From assembly GCA_016868785.1 (NCBI GenBank), contig VGFS01000002.1, forward strand, positions 26,380-90,379: 64,000 nucleotides of DNA. The letters are read 5' to 3'. Positions 37,094 to 46,722 of this stretch are shown here, piece after piece. The notes below the pieces were generated by a model. That model worked only from the letters and a program-made list of their open reading frames with translations. It made no database searches and was not told the DNA's origin. Each line of letters begins with the position of its first letter. Positions within the stretch are counted from its first letter, which is position 1. The stretch is from Bacteroidota bacterium. Lineage in GTDB: Bacteria > Bacteroidota > Bacteroidia > NS11-12g > UBA955. A program made the translations under genes and the position numbers.

Positions 37094-37935
37094 TGCGCAC
37101 GAAGTTCAATTTTATCGGACTTGAGGCACCCCAAAAGGTATCGATGGGCAAGTTAAAACTGTGGCTTTCGGAGTCGCTGGGGATGCCGATGTGGCTGATT
37201 GCGGAGAGTCAGCGTTTTGCGGGTTCGTTGAACGAGGCGTTGGCTTTGGTGTTGGGCGCCCCGGAGGGGGAGGTGTCGCGCTTGTATATCGAACAGGGTT
37301 TTGCACAGTGGGGTGGGTGGACGGACGGAGAGCAGCGAGCATGGGTTTTTCGGGTTTTGGTGTCGATGGAGGTGGAGGACCGACGAAGGTTTATGGCATT
37401 GCTGAACGGTCGGTTGGTTACGGGGTCGGCTTTGGCGGGCATGGCGGGCAGGGACGGAGCGGCATCGTCGGGAACCGAAACGGAAATGGCGGAGAACATC
37501 GCATCGGTATCTGTGAAGGTGAGGGCGGTGTTGTTGTATGTGCGTCCTATGGGACGATCGGTGTTGCAGTACGAGCTCACTTTCGGACTTCGAACGGGGG
37601 AGGAAAGTGAGGTAACCTATGTGGGGTGTTTCAAGGCGGTGGTGGGCACGGACGAAGCGGGTGTGGCCATTCACGGGCTGACCGATGAGTTATCGCTGTT
37701 GGAATGGATTGGATCGAATTTGGGCGAGCGGATCGGTCCGATACGGGGGGTAAGGGTGTCGGAAGTTTTCGAATTGCATTGCGATGGGGTGCAATGGAGC
37801 AAGCGTCACAAGGCCGGATTCAAGGCCGAGCGGGTGCGGGTGGTGTCGTGGTTGCGCGATACCGCGGGGGTATCGGGGTTGTGGGAGGTTAGAGACTGTC
37901 TCCCCAGGCCGAAGGATTTTGGGCAAAGCGGTTGA
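37090..37935 (+). CDS. ATP-dependent DNA ligase homolog lacking the adenylation (NTase) domain
   Basis: N-part (LW.SE..G.P.WL..ES....G.L.EALAL; R..F..LL.G) resembles the ligase N-terminal domain. C-part (AVLLY...LTFG...GLTD...N..ERIGP.R.V....VFEL...G.Q.SKRHKAG....R...W..D) resembles the ligase OB domain. No KxDG motif. ATGA overlap with the exonuclease stop. Confidence 0.72.
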   Translation: MMRTKFNFIGLEAPQKVSMGKLKLWLSESLGMPMWLIAESQRFAGSLNEALALVLGAPEGEVSRLYIEQGFAQWGGWTDGEQRAWVFRVLVSMEVEDRRRFMALLNGRLVTGSALAGMAGRDGAASSGTETEMAENIASVSVKVRAVLLYVRPMGRSVLQYELTFGLRTGEESEVTYVGCFKAVVGTDEAGVAIHGLTDELSLLEWIGSNLGERIGPIRGVRVSEVFELHCDGVQWSKRHKAGFKAERVRVVSWLRDTAGVSGLWEVRDCLPRPKDFGQSG

Positions 37936-38527
37936 CGGTTTCCAGCTCGGAGGGTTGGATGAAACCGTGTTCGGCGGCAACGGCGGTGAGGGTTGGCAGG
38001 TTGGTGAGAGTATGCACGGGGATACCGGCCTCCACAAATTTTTCCATGGCATTGGCAAACCCGTAGGTGAACAGGGCCACTACGCCGATGACTTCTGCGC
38101 CGGCATTTTGGACACCTTCTACGGCTTGGAAACTGCTTTTTCCGGTGGAGATGAGGTCTTCTACCAGCACAATTTTATCGCCGGGGAGCATTTCGCCTTC
38201 CACTTGGTTTTTGAGTCCGTGTTTTTTGGGCTCGGGGCGCACGTAGCAGTAGGGCATGTTTATTTTATCGGCCGCCAGGGCACCATGGGCAATGCCGGCG
38301 GTCGCAATACCGGCCATTCGGTTGGCTTGTGGGAACTGATTTTGGATGAGGGCAGCCAACTCCTCAGCCACGAAGGTGCGTACTTCTGGGTAGGAGAGCA
38401 CCATGCGGTTGTCGCAATAGATGGGTGATTTGATCCCTGAAGTCCAAGTGAATGGTTGTGAGGGACTTAGTTTAACTGCCTTTATTTCTAGGAGAAATTT
38501 TGCTAATTTTGCGGCTGGATTGGACAT
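37889..38527 (-). CDS. pyrE: Orotate phosphoribosyltransferase
   Basis: FTW.SGIKSPIYCDNR, GIATAGI, YVR..PK.HG, VEDLISTG.S. Confidence 0.96.
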   Translation of the reverse strand: MSNPAAKLAKFLLEIKAVKLSPSQPFTWTSGIKSPIYCDNRMVLSYPEVRTFVAEELAALIQNQFPQANRMAGIATAGIAHGALAADKINMPYCYVRPEPKKHGLKNQVEGEMLPGDKIVLVEDLISTGKSSFQAVEGVQNAGAEVIGVVALFTYGFANAMEKFVEAGIPVHTLTNLPTLTAVAAEHGFIQPSELETVNRFAQNPSAWGDSL

Positions 38528-39164
38528 GGAAGTGCAAAGTTATAAAATCTATTTCAACGACGGTGCTTTGGTAATCGCAGATTCTCCGGAAGCATTGCGC
38601 GGATTGAGTAATATGTATTTTATCGGGGACGACGAGCTGCAGAAGAGTTTCAAGATCTTGTTATCGTCGCAGAACAACGGGAAACCCTTGCATTTCGGGC
38701 TTATTTGTCCGGACCCCCAGGCCACCATTCGCGAGTTCATGGAAGATTTTACGGTGATTCAGGCAGCGGGCGGGTTGGTGTTCAACAAGGAGGATCAGTT
38801 GCTCACGATCAAAAGAAATGGGCTGTGGGATTTGCCGAAGGGGAAGATTGAGCGTCATGAGGACCAGATGGCGGCAGCGTTGCGCGAGGTGATGGAGGAG
38901 ACGGGCATCAACATGATCAACATCAGCGACAAGGTGGGAGAGACCTACCATGTTTACTACGAGGACGACATTTTGTTGTTGAAGGAGACGCATTGGTATT
39001 TGATGAACAGCACGGGCAAGGGCAAGTTGAAGCCACAGACGGAGGAGGGCATTTCAGAGGTGAAGTTTGCCGATTTGGACTGGTTCAATACGCCGGAATT
39101 CAATTCTTATCAGAGCGTGCACGACGTGATCAAACGTTGCGTGGCGCAATTCAAGTCCCACTAG
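38526..39164 (+). CDS. NUDIX hydrolase
   Basis: YKIYFND, AAGGLV.N, WDLPKGKIE......AALREVMEETG Nudix box, K.T.WY.M, PQ.EEGI. Start ATG 38526. Confidence 0.9.
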   Translation: MEVQSYKIYFNDGALVIADSPEALRGLSNMYFIGDDELQKSFKILLSSQNNGKPLHFGLICPDPQATIREFMEDFTVIQAAGGLVFNKEDQLLTIKRNGLWDLPKGKIERHEDQMAAALREVMEETGINMINISDKVGETYHVYYEDDILLLKETHWYLMNSTGKGKLKPQTEEGISEVKFADLDWFNTPEFNSYQSVHDVIKRCVAQFKSH

Positions 39165-39625
39165 TAGTTTGGGTTAACGCCTTCGGGCAGGTAGCGCTGG
39201 TAATCGGCTTTATGAATGATGAGGTCGCGGATGAGGGTGCTGCTCACATAGCTCATGGCGGGGTCGCACATGATGAAAACGGTTTCAATTTCATTCCAAA
39301 GGGCTTTGTTGAGTTGAGCGATGTGGGATTCGTAGTCGAAGTCGCTGCCGTTTCTCAATCCTCGCAGCAGGAACCGGGCGTTCATTTTTTTACAAAAGTC
39401 TACGGTGAGTCCTTCGTAGGATTCGACGCGCACTTTGGGGTTGTTTGAGAAGGCGGTTTGGATCCATTCTTTGCGCAATTGCAAATCGAACAGGGTGGTT
39501 TTTTTGGTATTGACACCAACGGCGATGATGATTTCATCGAACAGTTCACTGGCGCGATTCACGATGTCTACATGTCCGATAGTCACCGGATCAAACGTCC
39601 CTGGGAAAACGGCGATTTTGCTCAT
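39161..39625 (-). CDS. coaD: Phosphopantetheine adenylyltransferase
   Basis: AVFPGTFDPVT.GH.DI, RGLR...DF.YE, SSTLIR. Confidence 0.96.
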   Translation of the reverse strand: MSKIAVFPGTFDPVTIGHVDIVNRASELFDEIIIAVGVNTKKTTLFDLQLRKEWIQTAFSNNPKVRVESYEGLTVDFCKKMNARFLLRGLRNGSDFDYESHIAQLNKALWNEIETVFIMCDPAMSYVSSTLIRDLIIHKADYQRYLPEGVNPNY

Positions 39626-40233
39626 TCTTGAACGAAGATAGTCATTGTGGTACTTCCGTATTCTTTTTTTGCGAATTCTTGTTCGGCGAATACGAGTTGG
39701 GGTTTGTGTTCGATGATGAGCCAGCCATCGGGTGCGAGCAGGGGCATGAGCAGCTGCGGGAGTCCTTGGATGTTGGGCATGGCGTATGGCGGATCGGCGA
39801 AGATTATATCGAACAGAATGGGCGATGCACTCTCTGTTTGGCCGGCAGACTGACTTTCTAATTTGGCGGCAAACTCTCCCACCTCAAACCCGGGCAATCG
39901 GTTTTTGGCGAGGGTGGTTAGGGGGGTGAGGGCGTTGCCGGTGGCGATATGCCATGGATTTAGGTCCCAACTTTTGGCGATGTGCTTTTGGTGGGCGATG
40001 TTTTTTTTGTCGAGGTCGATGCTATACACCGCTTGGGCATCTCGCGTGAGAAATTCCAGGGCGATGATGCCGGAGCCAGAGAACAGGTCGAGCACGGTGG
40101 TATCGGCGATGCCTTTTTGGTGGTCGATGGAATTGAACAGTGATTCACGCACCCTGTCGGTGGACGGTCGCACGTGGTTTGCGAACTGGGTTGGGATAAT
40201 CCGCCCTTTTAGATGTCCGCCTGTGACACGCAT
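39622..40233 (-). CDS. rsmD: 16S rRNA (guanine966-N2)-methyltransferase
   Basis: MRV.GG..KGR, RPSTDRVRESLFN, LDLFSGSG, FADPPY, EH, YG.T. Confidence 0.92.
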   Translation of the reverse strand: MRVTGGHLKGRIIPTQFANHVRPSTDRVRESLFNSIDHQKGIADTTVLDLFSGSGIIALEFLTRDAQAVYSIDLDKKNIAHQKHIAKSWDLNPWHIATGNALTPLTTLAKNRLPGFEVGEFAAKLESQSAGQTESASPILFDIIFADPPYAMPNIQGLPQLLMPLLAPDGWLIIEHKPQLVFAEQEFAKKEYGSTTMTIFVQE

Positions 40234-40940
40234 CCGGCCAATTTGATGAGGGGGGTAACGATGTGGAGCAGGGGCACTGCTGTTGTGGAAACCCAGGGCA
40301 TTTGGGGTGATTTGACTTCGGCGTGGGGGATGAACTTTTGGAACAGTTGCGCGGTGGCGGCTTGTTGGGGTTCATCGCAGAGCACATAAAGGCCGAGTTG
40401 CTGTGGGGTTAATTTTTCTTCGTGAAAGGGCAGCAGGGCGTAGTATAGGTGTTCTTGGGTATTGGAACTGGGGTAGCGATTGGCGAAGATGAGTTCGCCG
40501 TTGCGGTAGGCAAATACGATGGCGGTTTGTTCGTGGAACCACAGCACGCTCACGCATTCTTTGTGGTTGGCATAGGTGTTGGCGATGGTGAACAGTCCTT
40601 GTGCCAAATGGTATTTGGGTGTTTCGGTGGGCAGGGGTTGTGGTTTGCCCGAGGGTTGAAACGCCAGTGATGTGGCTTGGTTGAGTTTGCGGGTAATGCA
40701 GGGCTGAAAGCCGGGTATGGGTGCGTCTACAAAGGCCTGGGGGATGAGTTGCAGGTTTCCGTGCAGGTCTACCCAGGTGATGTTTTCTTTGAGGGAGGCG
40801 GGGTGTTTCACGATCTCATAAGAGAGCGGTTGACACTGGGCGTTGAGTGACAAGTAGTGAGCGACATCATTGTGGTACACGCCCAGAATTTGATGGACGG
40901 CGCCGGTTTGTTGGGTTTGGTGATGCCAGAGGGTGTTCAC
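40209..40940 (-). CDS. Probable DUF3822 family protein (divergent)
   Basis: L.P..F, G.LIFAN.Y......LYY.L pattern. Typical position upstream of rsmD-coaD. Confidence 0.65.
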   Translation of the reverse strand: MNTLWHHQTQQTGAVHQILGVYHNDVAHYLSLNAQCQPLSYEIVKHPASLKENITWVDLHGNLQLIPQAFVDAPIPGFQPCITRKLNQATSLAFQPSGKPQPLPTETPKYHLAQGLFTIANTYANHKECVSVLWFHEQTAIVFAYRNGELIFANRYPSSNTQEHLYYALLPFHEEKLTPQQLGLYVLCDEPQQAATAQLFQKFIPHAEVKSPQMPWVSTTAVPLLHIVTPLIKLAGCVSQADI

Positions 40941-40977
40941 GGGAGCAAAGGTAGGACAATTGTGGGGGCTAAGGAAG

Positions 40978-43900
40978 TCAGAAATCGGTGCCTACGCTCA
41001 CCCGCATTCGAAATTGGAGGAAGTTGCTGTTGGTTTGCACGGCATTGACCCAAACGGGGAAGTCGAGCCGCAGGTTGATGGGTTTGGCGGCTTTGAGGGC
41101 TTTGTTTTTGGTGAGTGCGGAGGCGTTTTTTAGGTTAATGCTGGCACCAAATCCGGCATCAGCAAGTACGCGGCTGTACACTTGTTGGGTTACGGGTTGT
41201 TGTTGTTTGTTGGGTGAGGTGAGCGGCTGACCTAAGATACCGGCATCGCCAAAGAGGTAGGGGTTGAGACTAAGGAACTTGGTTTTGGGCACCCAGCGGA
41301 AGAAGGGGGTAAGGTCTATGGCGGCGTTGAGGCCAAGTCCTCGGTTGCCACGGAAAAAGGCCAGGGTGGTGTCGTTCCCATTGGCTTGTTTCACGGTTTT
41401 TGGGGCGCTGTAGCCATTGAATCCACGCAGGTTGAGTCCGCCATTCACTTGGAGGGTGTTGATGGCGCGGTGACTTACGAAGTCGTACATGCCATAATCG
41501 CGGTAGAGGGATTGTTGGCCGAAGGATTCTTCGGGGTTGGCACTGGCGAGGTAGAGGACCGATTCTGGGGTTGGGTTGGTGCCGCCGCCGAGGTAGGCAA
41601 GTCCGCGGAGTCTCAGGGCCGATTTGCCCAGGGGTTGGTAGTGTTTCCATTCCAGCTGTACAAATCCGTATTGCGAGTGGCTCCAGGGCGAGGGCATGCG
41701 GATATCGCATCGTACAGAACCCGATTTACCCCAGCCGCTATAGCCTTGTTGCAGGTAGAGGTTGAGGTGCATTTGGGCGATGTAGCTCCAGTTGTTGGCG
41801 GTGGGGACGTAGCCATCTAGGATGTTGGATTGGGGAAAGAAGGGGTCGCGACCGTCGGTTTGATTGTTGATCCAGGGGTTGTAGAGGGGGTTGTCGACGC
41901 TGTAGACGAGGCGGTGGTATCGCTGCATGGATTTGCCATAGAGGCCGTATTCGGTTTTGCCCAATTTGTTGAACCAGCCCATTTCGTGGGTGTTGATTTC
42001 GTTGTAGAGGAGGGATTGGTAGTAGTAGGTGCCGCCGCCGCGGGTTTGGTGTTTGAACAGGGCTTGGTATTGCAGTTTTTGGGCGGGGGTGAAGCGGGCG
42101 TCGATGCCGGGGGCATAATAGAGGGAGAGGTTGAATTGCTTTTTCCGTCCGGCGTACTGTCCGCTCGCTGTCGCTCCCAGCAGCACGCCGGAGGCCACGT
42201 TGTATCGCAGGGCGGGTCTGACGAGGCCTTGGTACACGCCGAGGTAGTTGGTGTTGGCACCGTTGCCGAGGTCGAGCTGCCACTCACTGCGCTTTTTCCA
42301 AACGTTGTTGACACGGTTGATGTCGGCCAGTCGGCCGCTGCGATCCAGCCATACTTGCTTTACGCGGCCATCTACGGGCATTTCGATGTCGAAGGTGTAG
42401 GTTGGACGAAGTCTGTCCCACCCGATCCAGGGTTTGAGGTTGTAGCGACCGGGTTTTTGGTATTGGGTAACGGGGATGGTAACAGCGTAGAAGATATCGG
42501 AGGGTGCCACGTTGCGGTTGTTTGCGTCGCTTGTGGCGTTGGTGTTTAACTTGGGGGTGATGAGAAAGTCGAGGTCTACGGGCATCACCATTTTGCCATG
42601 TCGTTGAAGGGTTACGCGGTAGAAGTTGGGGGTTTTGAGCGGTGTGATGCGTTTGATGCCATAATCGGCGGCTTTGTTGGTCTGAAACCACTGATCGAAG
42701 AAGGCATTGAGGTCGGTCTGGGCACTGTGAATAATCGAATTTCTGAAGTCTTCGATGTAGGGGTGACAGAATTTCCATTGTTCCACGTAATTTTTCATGG
42801 CTTGGAGAAAGACCGAATCGCCGAGGTAGTATTGGAGGTTGTAGAGCATGGAGGCGGTTTTGTAGTACACGTGTTTGTAGCCGCCGCCGTGGCCTGTGGC
42901 CGAATGAAAATCGTTGGAATGGGTTTCAAGGACTTCATCGGTACCGTCGATGGCATCTTCCATGTAGCCGGCGAAGGCCCGTTTGAGTTCGGGTTGAGAT
43001 TCTTTGGTGAGTTTGCGCATGCACCAGGCGGTGAGGAATTGGGTAAATCCTTCATCGAGGGCGGCTCGATAGGTTTCGTTGGAGCCCACCATGCCGAAGA
43101 ACCAATTGTGTCCCACTTCGTGGGCAATCAGACTTTGGTGGCTGGGGTAGTAACCGCCATCGAGGGTAATCATGGGGTATTCCATGCCATCGGCGGCATC
43201 GGCGCAGACAATTTTTGGGTAGTTATACATGCCGAAATCGCGGCTATAGGTGGCGATGACTTTGGCGGTAAACTGGGCGGTTTGTTGCCATCCGGCGGCA
43301 TTGTTTTCTTGGGCGATGGCCATGCATTGCACGCCATTCCAGGTGGTTTCGCCGATGCGGTAGGTGGGGTCGGCGGTCCAAGCGAAATCGTGCACGTTGA
43401 TGGCTTGATAGTGCCAGGTTTTGTAGGTGCCGTTGGGTTGGGTGATCACTGAGGGCAGTGAGCCGATGGGTTTGTCTTTGAAGTTGGAGATATCGAGTTG
43501 TTTTCTCAGAGCGGCGGGCAGTACTTCGTTTTTGTTGACGAGGGTACCGGTGGCTTCCACCACGTAGTGGTTGGGCAGGGTGAGGGAGATATCGAAATAG
43601 CCATAATCGCCATAGAATTCCTTTTCCACGTGTTGGTCGGTCTCCCAGGTAAATTTGCGGTCGTACACGCAGATGCGGGGGTACCAATGCACGCCATTGA
43701 AGTGTTTGTAGCCGTGGTGGTCGTACACTTTCATGCGACGGCGGATGCTACCGCGGTCAAAGTAGGTGGTAAAATCGATTTTGAAGGTCATTTGCTCACC
43801 GGGTTTGAGGGGGGTGGGCAGTTTGATTTTGAGGAGGGTATTTTGGATTTCGAAGGGGATGTTTTGGGATGGGCGGGGTTGGTCGTTTTCTTCGCGGATG

Positions 43901-44331
43901 GGGTTTTCTTCTGGGTTGATTTGGATGTTGTGGATGACGGTACCCAGCTTTTGCGATTCGTATTGTCCGTAGGTTATTTTGGCCCGATTTTGCTTGTACA
44001 GTTCATCGGTAAGCGAGCCGGGCTGCACGGCATTTTGGTAGAGGTGGAAGAAGGCTTCGGTGAGGGTATTGGGGGAGTTGTTGGTATAGACGAGGGATTC
44101 TTCGCCGTTGATGATTTCGGCATCCTCATTTAGGATGGCTTTGATGGTATAGTTAACATCTTGTTGCCAGTATCCTTGGTAGGGTTTTTTATTTTTCCAG
44201 TAGTGGGGGTTATTGGGCGATTGGTAGGGGTTGGGTGATTCTTGAGATGGTTGGGCTGTTGTGGCGGTGATGCTGGCGGTGTGGCTGATGATTAGGGCCA
44301 GGGCGTATCCGAGGAGTTGGCGGTTCAACAT
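40978..44331 (-). CDS. M1 family aminopeptidase with large beta-rich C-terminal region
   Basis: Signal peptide, YWQQ.V.Y.I, WYPR..VYD, VHDFAW, GMEYP, HEVGHNWF...DEGF, Y.K. C-terminal ~430 aa of alternating strands ending in F. Confidence 0.9.
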   Translation of the reverse strand: MLNRQLLGYALALIISHTASITATTAQPSQESPNPYQSPNNPHYWKNKKPYQGYWQQDVNYTIKAILNEDAEIINGEESLVYTNNSPNTLTEAFFHLYQNAVQPGSLTDELYKQNRAKITYGQYESQKLGTVIHNIQINPEENPIREENDQPRPSQNIPFEIQNTLLKIKLPTPLKPGEQMTFKIDFTTYFDRGSIRRRMKVYDHHGYKHFNGVHWYPRICVYDRKFTWETDQHVEKEFYGDYGYFDISLTLPNHYVVEATGTLVNKNEVLPAALRKQLDISNFKDKPIGSLPSVITQPNGTYKTWHYQAINVHDFAWTADPTYRIGETTWNGVQCMAIAQENNAAGWQQTAQFTAKVIATYSRDFGMYNYPKIVCADAADGMEYPMITLDGGYYPSHQSLIAHEVGHNWFFGMVGSNETYRAALDEGFTQFLTAWCMRKLTKESQPELKRAFAGYMEDAIDGTDEVLETHSNDFHSATGHGGGYKHVYYKTASMLYNLQYYLGDSVFLQAMKNYVEQWKFCHPYIEDFRNSIIHSAQTDLNAFFDQWFQTNKAADYGIKRITPLKTPNFYRVTLQRHGKMVMPVDLDFLITPKLNTNATSDANNRNVAPSDIFYAVTIPVTQYQKPGRYNLKPWIGWDRLRPTYTFDIEMPVDGRVKQVWLDRSGRLADINRVNNVWKKRSEWQLDLGNGANTNYLGVYQGLVRPALRYNVASGVLLGATASGQYAGRKKQFNLSLYYAPGIDARFTPAQKLQYQALFKHQTRGGGTYYYQSLLYNEINTHEMGWFNKLGKTEYGLYGKSMQRYHRLVYSVDNPLYNPWINNQTDGRDPFFPQSNILDGYVPTANNWSYIAQMHLNLYLQQGYSGWGKSGSVRCDIRMPSPWSHSQYGFVQLEWKHYQPLGKSALRLRGLAYLGGGTNPTPESVLYLASANPEESFGQQSLYRDYGMYDFVSHRAINTLQVNGGLNLRGFNGYSAPKTVKQANGNDTTLAFFRGNRGLGLNAAIDLTPFFRWVPKTKFLSLNPYLFGDAGILGQPLTSPNKQQQPVTQQVYSRVLADAGFGASINLKNASALTKNKALKAAKPINLRLDFPVWVNAVQTNSNFLQFRMRVSVGTDF

Positions 44332-44376
44332 ATAACGAAGTTACGGAATGGGGATGAGATGGTGGGGTTAGAAAAC

Positions 44377-44406
44377 AAAAAAGGCCACCGCGAGGTGGCC
44401 TTTTTT
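44377..44406 (-). terminator. Intrinsic terminator downstream of OmpA gene (symmetric)
   Basis: AAAAAAGGCCACC-GCGA-GGTGGCCTTTTTT. Confidence 0.88.
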
Positions 44407-44425
44407 GTTCTATGCAATGAGGGTC

Positions 44426-46057
44426 TTAGTAGCTCAATTTGAAGTCTACGCGACGGTTTTTCGCTTTTCCTGCGGAGGTAGCGTTGTCGGCGATGGGCAT
44501 TTCTTGTCCGTATCCTACGGCAGTCATGCGGGCTTCTGCAACACCGCCGGCGGCCAAGTAGCGTCTTACCGCGTTGGCACGATCTTGGCTCAACGTTTTG
44601 TTGGCTTCGGGGGTTCCGTTGTTGTCGGTGTGTCCTTGAATTTCCACGCTAGCACCTGGGTAGGTATTCAACAAGGTGGCCAAGTCATCCAAGCTCTTGA
44701 AAGAATTTGCGGTAATCACGGCTTTGCCGTTTTCGAAGTTGATGCCTTTGGCGGCCAAAGCGATTTTCTGAACCACTTCTTTCTTAATTTCTGGACAACC
44801 TTTGCTTGCAACGGTACCTGCTACATCGGGACATTTATCCACGTTGTTGTATACGCCATCACCATCAGAATCAGGGCAACCTTCACCTGCAATCGCACCG
44901 GCGACATTAGGACATTTGTCTTGGCGATCTTCAACACCGTCACCATCAGAATCAGGGCAACCACCGAAGGCGGGTAAACCGGCAACTGTAGGACAACCAT
45001 CCTCTTTGTCAGAGACACCGTCGCCATCCGTATCGGGGCATCCGTTGAATTTGGCAATACCTGCGATGGTAGGACAAGCATCTACTTTATCTTGGATACC
45101 ATCGGCATCAGAATCAGGGCAACCACCGAATTCGGCAGGACCTGCAACATCTGGACACTTATCATCGGCATCGAGGATACCATCTTTGTCGGTGTCGGCA
45201 GGACATCCTACACTGTCCACATAACGGCGGTATTTAGGCTCGGTGTTTTTACACAAATCGTATTTGTCTGGAATGCCATCTTCGTCTTTGTCTTTTGGCG
45301 CTTTTGGTGAAGCACCGTAGCCTTCGCCCACTGCGAATGTAACAGCGAACGAATGGAGAGCGTACATGTCGTTTGTGCGCCACAATTGATGCTTATAGAT
45401 GTTGTGAACCGGATCTGGGTAAGATTGGGTAGCACCATCCCAAATATCGGACATGGTGTAGGTTCCAGTGAAGCTGTAACGCAAACCAATTCTTTCGGAA
45501 ATGTAAAAGTTGATACCAAAAGCACCTTGCAGGGCTGCATTCAACTCGGTGATGGCAGGCTTTTTTGTTAGGTCGTAATAGTATTCATCTTGCACATATG
45601 GGTGTGGGCCCCATGTGATTTTGCTGTGTGCGTAAAATCCACCAACACTGGCTTGGAAGTAGGGGGCGATTTTGGCGTCTTCAGAAAGGATGCTACCGTT
45701 GTTCAGTTTGAAACGGGCACCTACAGTGAAGTCGGCCAAGTTGGCACGGAACGACTGGTACATGTACTCTGGACGCAGGTTCCAGCCTTCCCATTTGCGT
45801 GCATATCCAACGTCTCCAGTAGATAAGTTAGCTACCAAATCCAACGAAGGATTGAGGTAGTAGCCGAAGTTGATTTGTACGGCTTGGTAATCGGGTCTAC
45901 GGGCAAATCCCAAAGACGAACCAAGGTCGCCCAAATATTCGTGAATACCGCCACCTATTTCAAGGGAGTGGGATCCGGGCGATTGGGCTTGTGCGGGCAC
46001 CGAGCACAGGGTTGCTAGGGCTGCAAAAACGGTTGATTTGAAGTAGTTTTTTTGCAT
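44426..46057 (-). CDS. OmpA family protein with thrombospondin type-3 repeats
   Basis: N-terminal barrel, D.D.DG..D..D.CP repeats, C-terminal I.F..G....IQGHTD.......LS..RA...GYG...PIA.N....G...NRRV. Confidence 0.95.
   Translation of the reverse strand: MQKNYFKSTVFAALATLCSVPAQAQSPGSHSLEIGGGIHEYLGDLGSSLGFARRPDYQAVQINFGYYLNPSLDLVANLSTGDVGYARKWEGWNLRPEYMYQSFRANLADFTVGARFKLNNGSILSEDAKIAPYFQASVGGFYAHSKITWGPHPYVQDEYYYDLTKKPAITELNAALQGAFGINFYISERIGLRYSFTGTYTMSDIWDGATQSYPDPVHNIYKHQLWRTNDMYALHSFAVTFAVGEGYGASPKAPKDKDEDGIPDKYDLCKNTEPKYRRYVDSVGCPADTDKDGILDADDKCPDVAGPAEFGGCPDSDADGIQDKVDACPTIAGIAKFNGCPDTDGDGVSDKEDGCPTVAGLPAFGGCPDSDGDGVEDRQDKCPNVAGAIAGEGCPDSDGDGVYNNVDKCPDVAGTVASKGCPEIKKEVVQKIALAAKGINFENGKAVITANSFKSLDDLATLLNTYPGASVEIQGHTDNNGTPEANKTLSQDRANAVRRYLAAGGVAEARMTAVGYGQEMPIADNATSAGKAKNRRVDFKLSY
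44800..45290 (-). repeat. Coding tandem TSP3 (D-x-D-x-D-G...CP) repeats, ~69-bp period
   Basis: Recurrent CATCAGAATCAGGGCAACC units encoding GCPDSDGDG inside the OmpA gene. Boundaries approximate. Confidence 0.85.
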
Positions 46058-46191
46058 AGATTTTCTGTTAGAACAGGGTTATAATAGTTGACAAATATAG
46101 GAAATGAGGGTTTAAAAAAAAGTTTTTTCACAAATTTTGCCCATTTTTTGTTCGCATTCTGACGATGGCTCAAAAAATTTTGCGTCGTGTT

Positions 46192-46722
46192 TTAGTTAAA
46201 CACCATCACGGCATTTCCGCTGCGTTGAATTTGGTAGCGGGCGAGGCGACCGCGGGCTTCGCCTTGGAGTGGGAAACCTGAGTAGGTATATTTGGAGCTA
46301 CAGCAGGGTTGAAAGCCCGTGCTGGTGGGGGTTCCGCATTGCAATTGTATGTTCACGGAATCGGTCCAAATGCGAGAGCAATTATCGAGGGGTTGAAACG
46401 CACATCCCCGTTCAAAGGCATACCAACTGTCGTCGTAGTCGTGGATGACGAGCACACCTTTGACGCCACCTTCGAAATAGGCATGGGAGCCGGGGTTGGC
46501 GAGTTGCATGTAGGCGGGCAGGTTGAGGTCGATGTTGAGGTTTACCGGACCGGTGGGAATTTTTTCTGTGACTTGGCTATTCCCATCGCAGCTTTGAAGG
46601 GAAAGCAGGGCGGGCAGCAGCAGGGCAAAACCGAGGGCGAACCACCGAATGCCTTTATTGGGGGTAATTGGGTTGGCGGAATTCATGGTGGTTTTGCTGT
46701 TTGCGAGCAGGGTCATGATCAA
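46192..46722 (-). CDS. Cys-rich Rieske-like lipoprotein (hypothetical)
   Basis: Lipobox LQSC, IP...VN..I.LNLP.Y..L...G......GG.KG, AF.R.C...C...C...CC.S.Y. True start may be downstream (ATG near 46686). Confidence 0.7.
   Translation of the reverse strand: MIMTLLANSKTTMNSANPITPNKGIRWFALGFALLLPALLSLQSCDGNSQVTEKIPTGPVNLNIDLNLPAYMQLANPGSHAYFEGGVKGVLVIHDYDDSWYAFERGCAFQPLDNCSRIWTDSVNIQLQCGTPTSTGFQPCCSSKYTYSGFPLQGEARGRLARYQIQRSGNAVMVFN

Noticed and set aside
44800-45290. Regularly spaced DNA repeats resembling a CRISPR array
   Set aside because: They are in-frame coding TSP3 repeats with synonymous variation inside OmpA. No cas genes are present.
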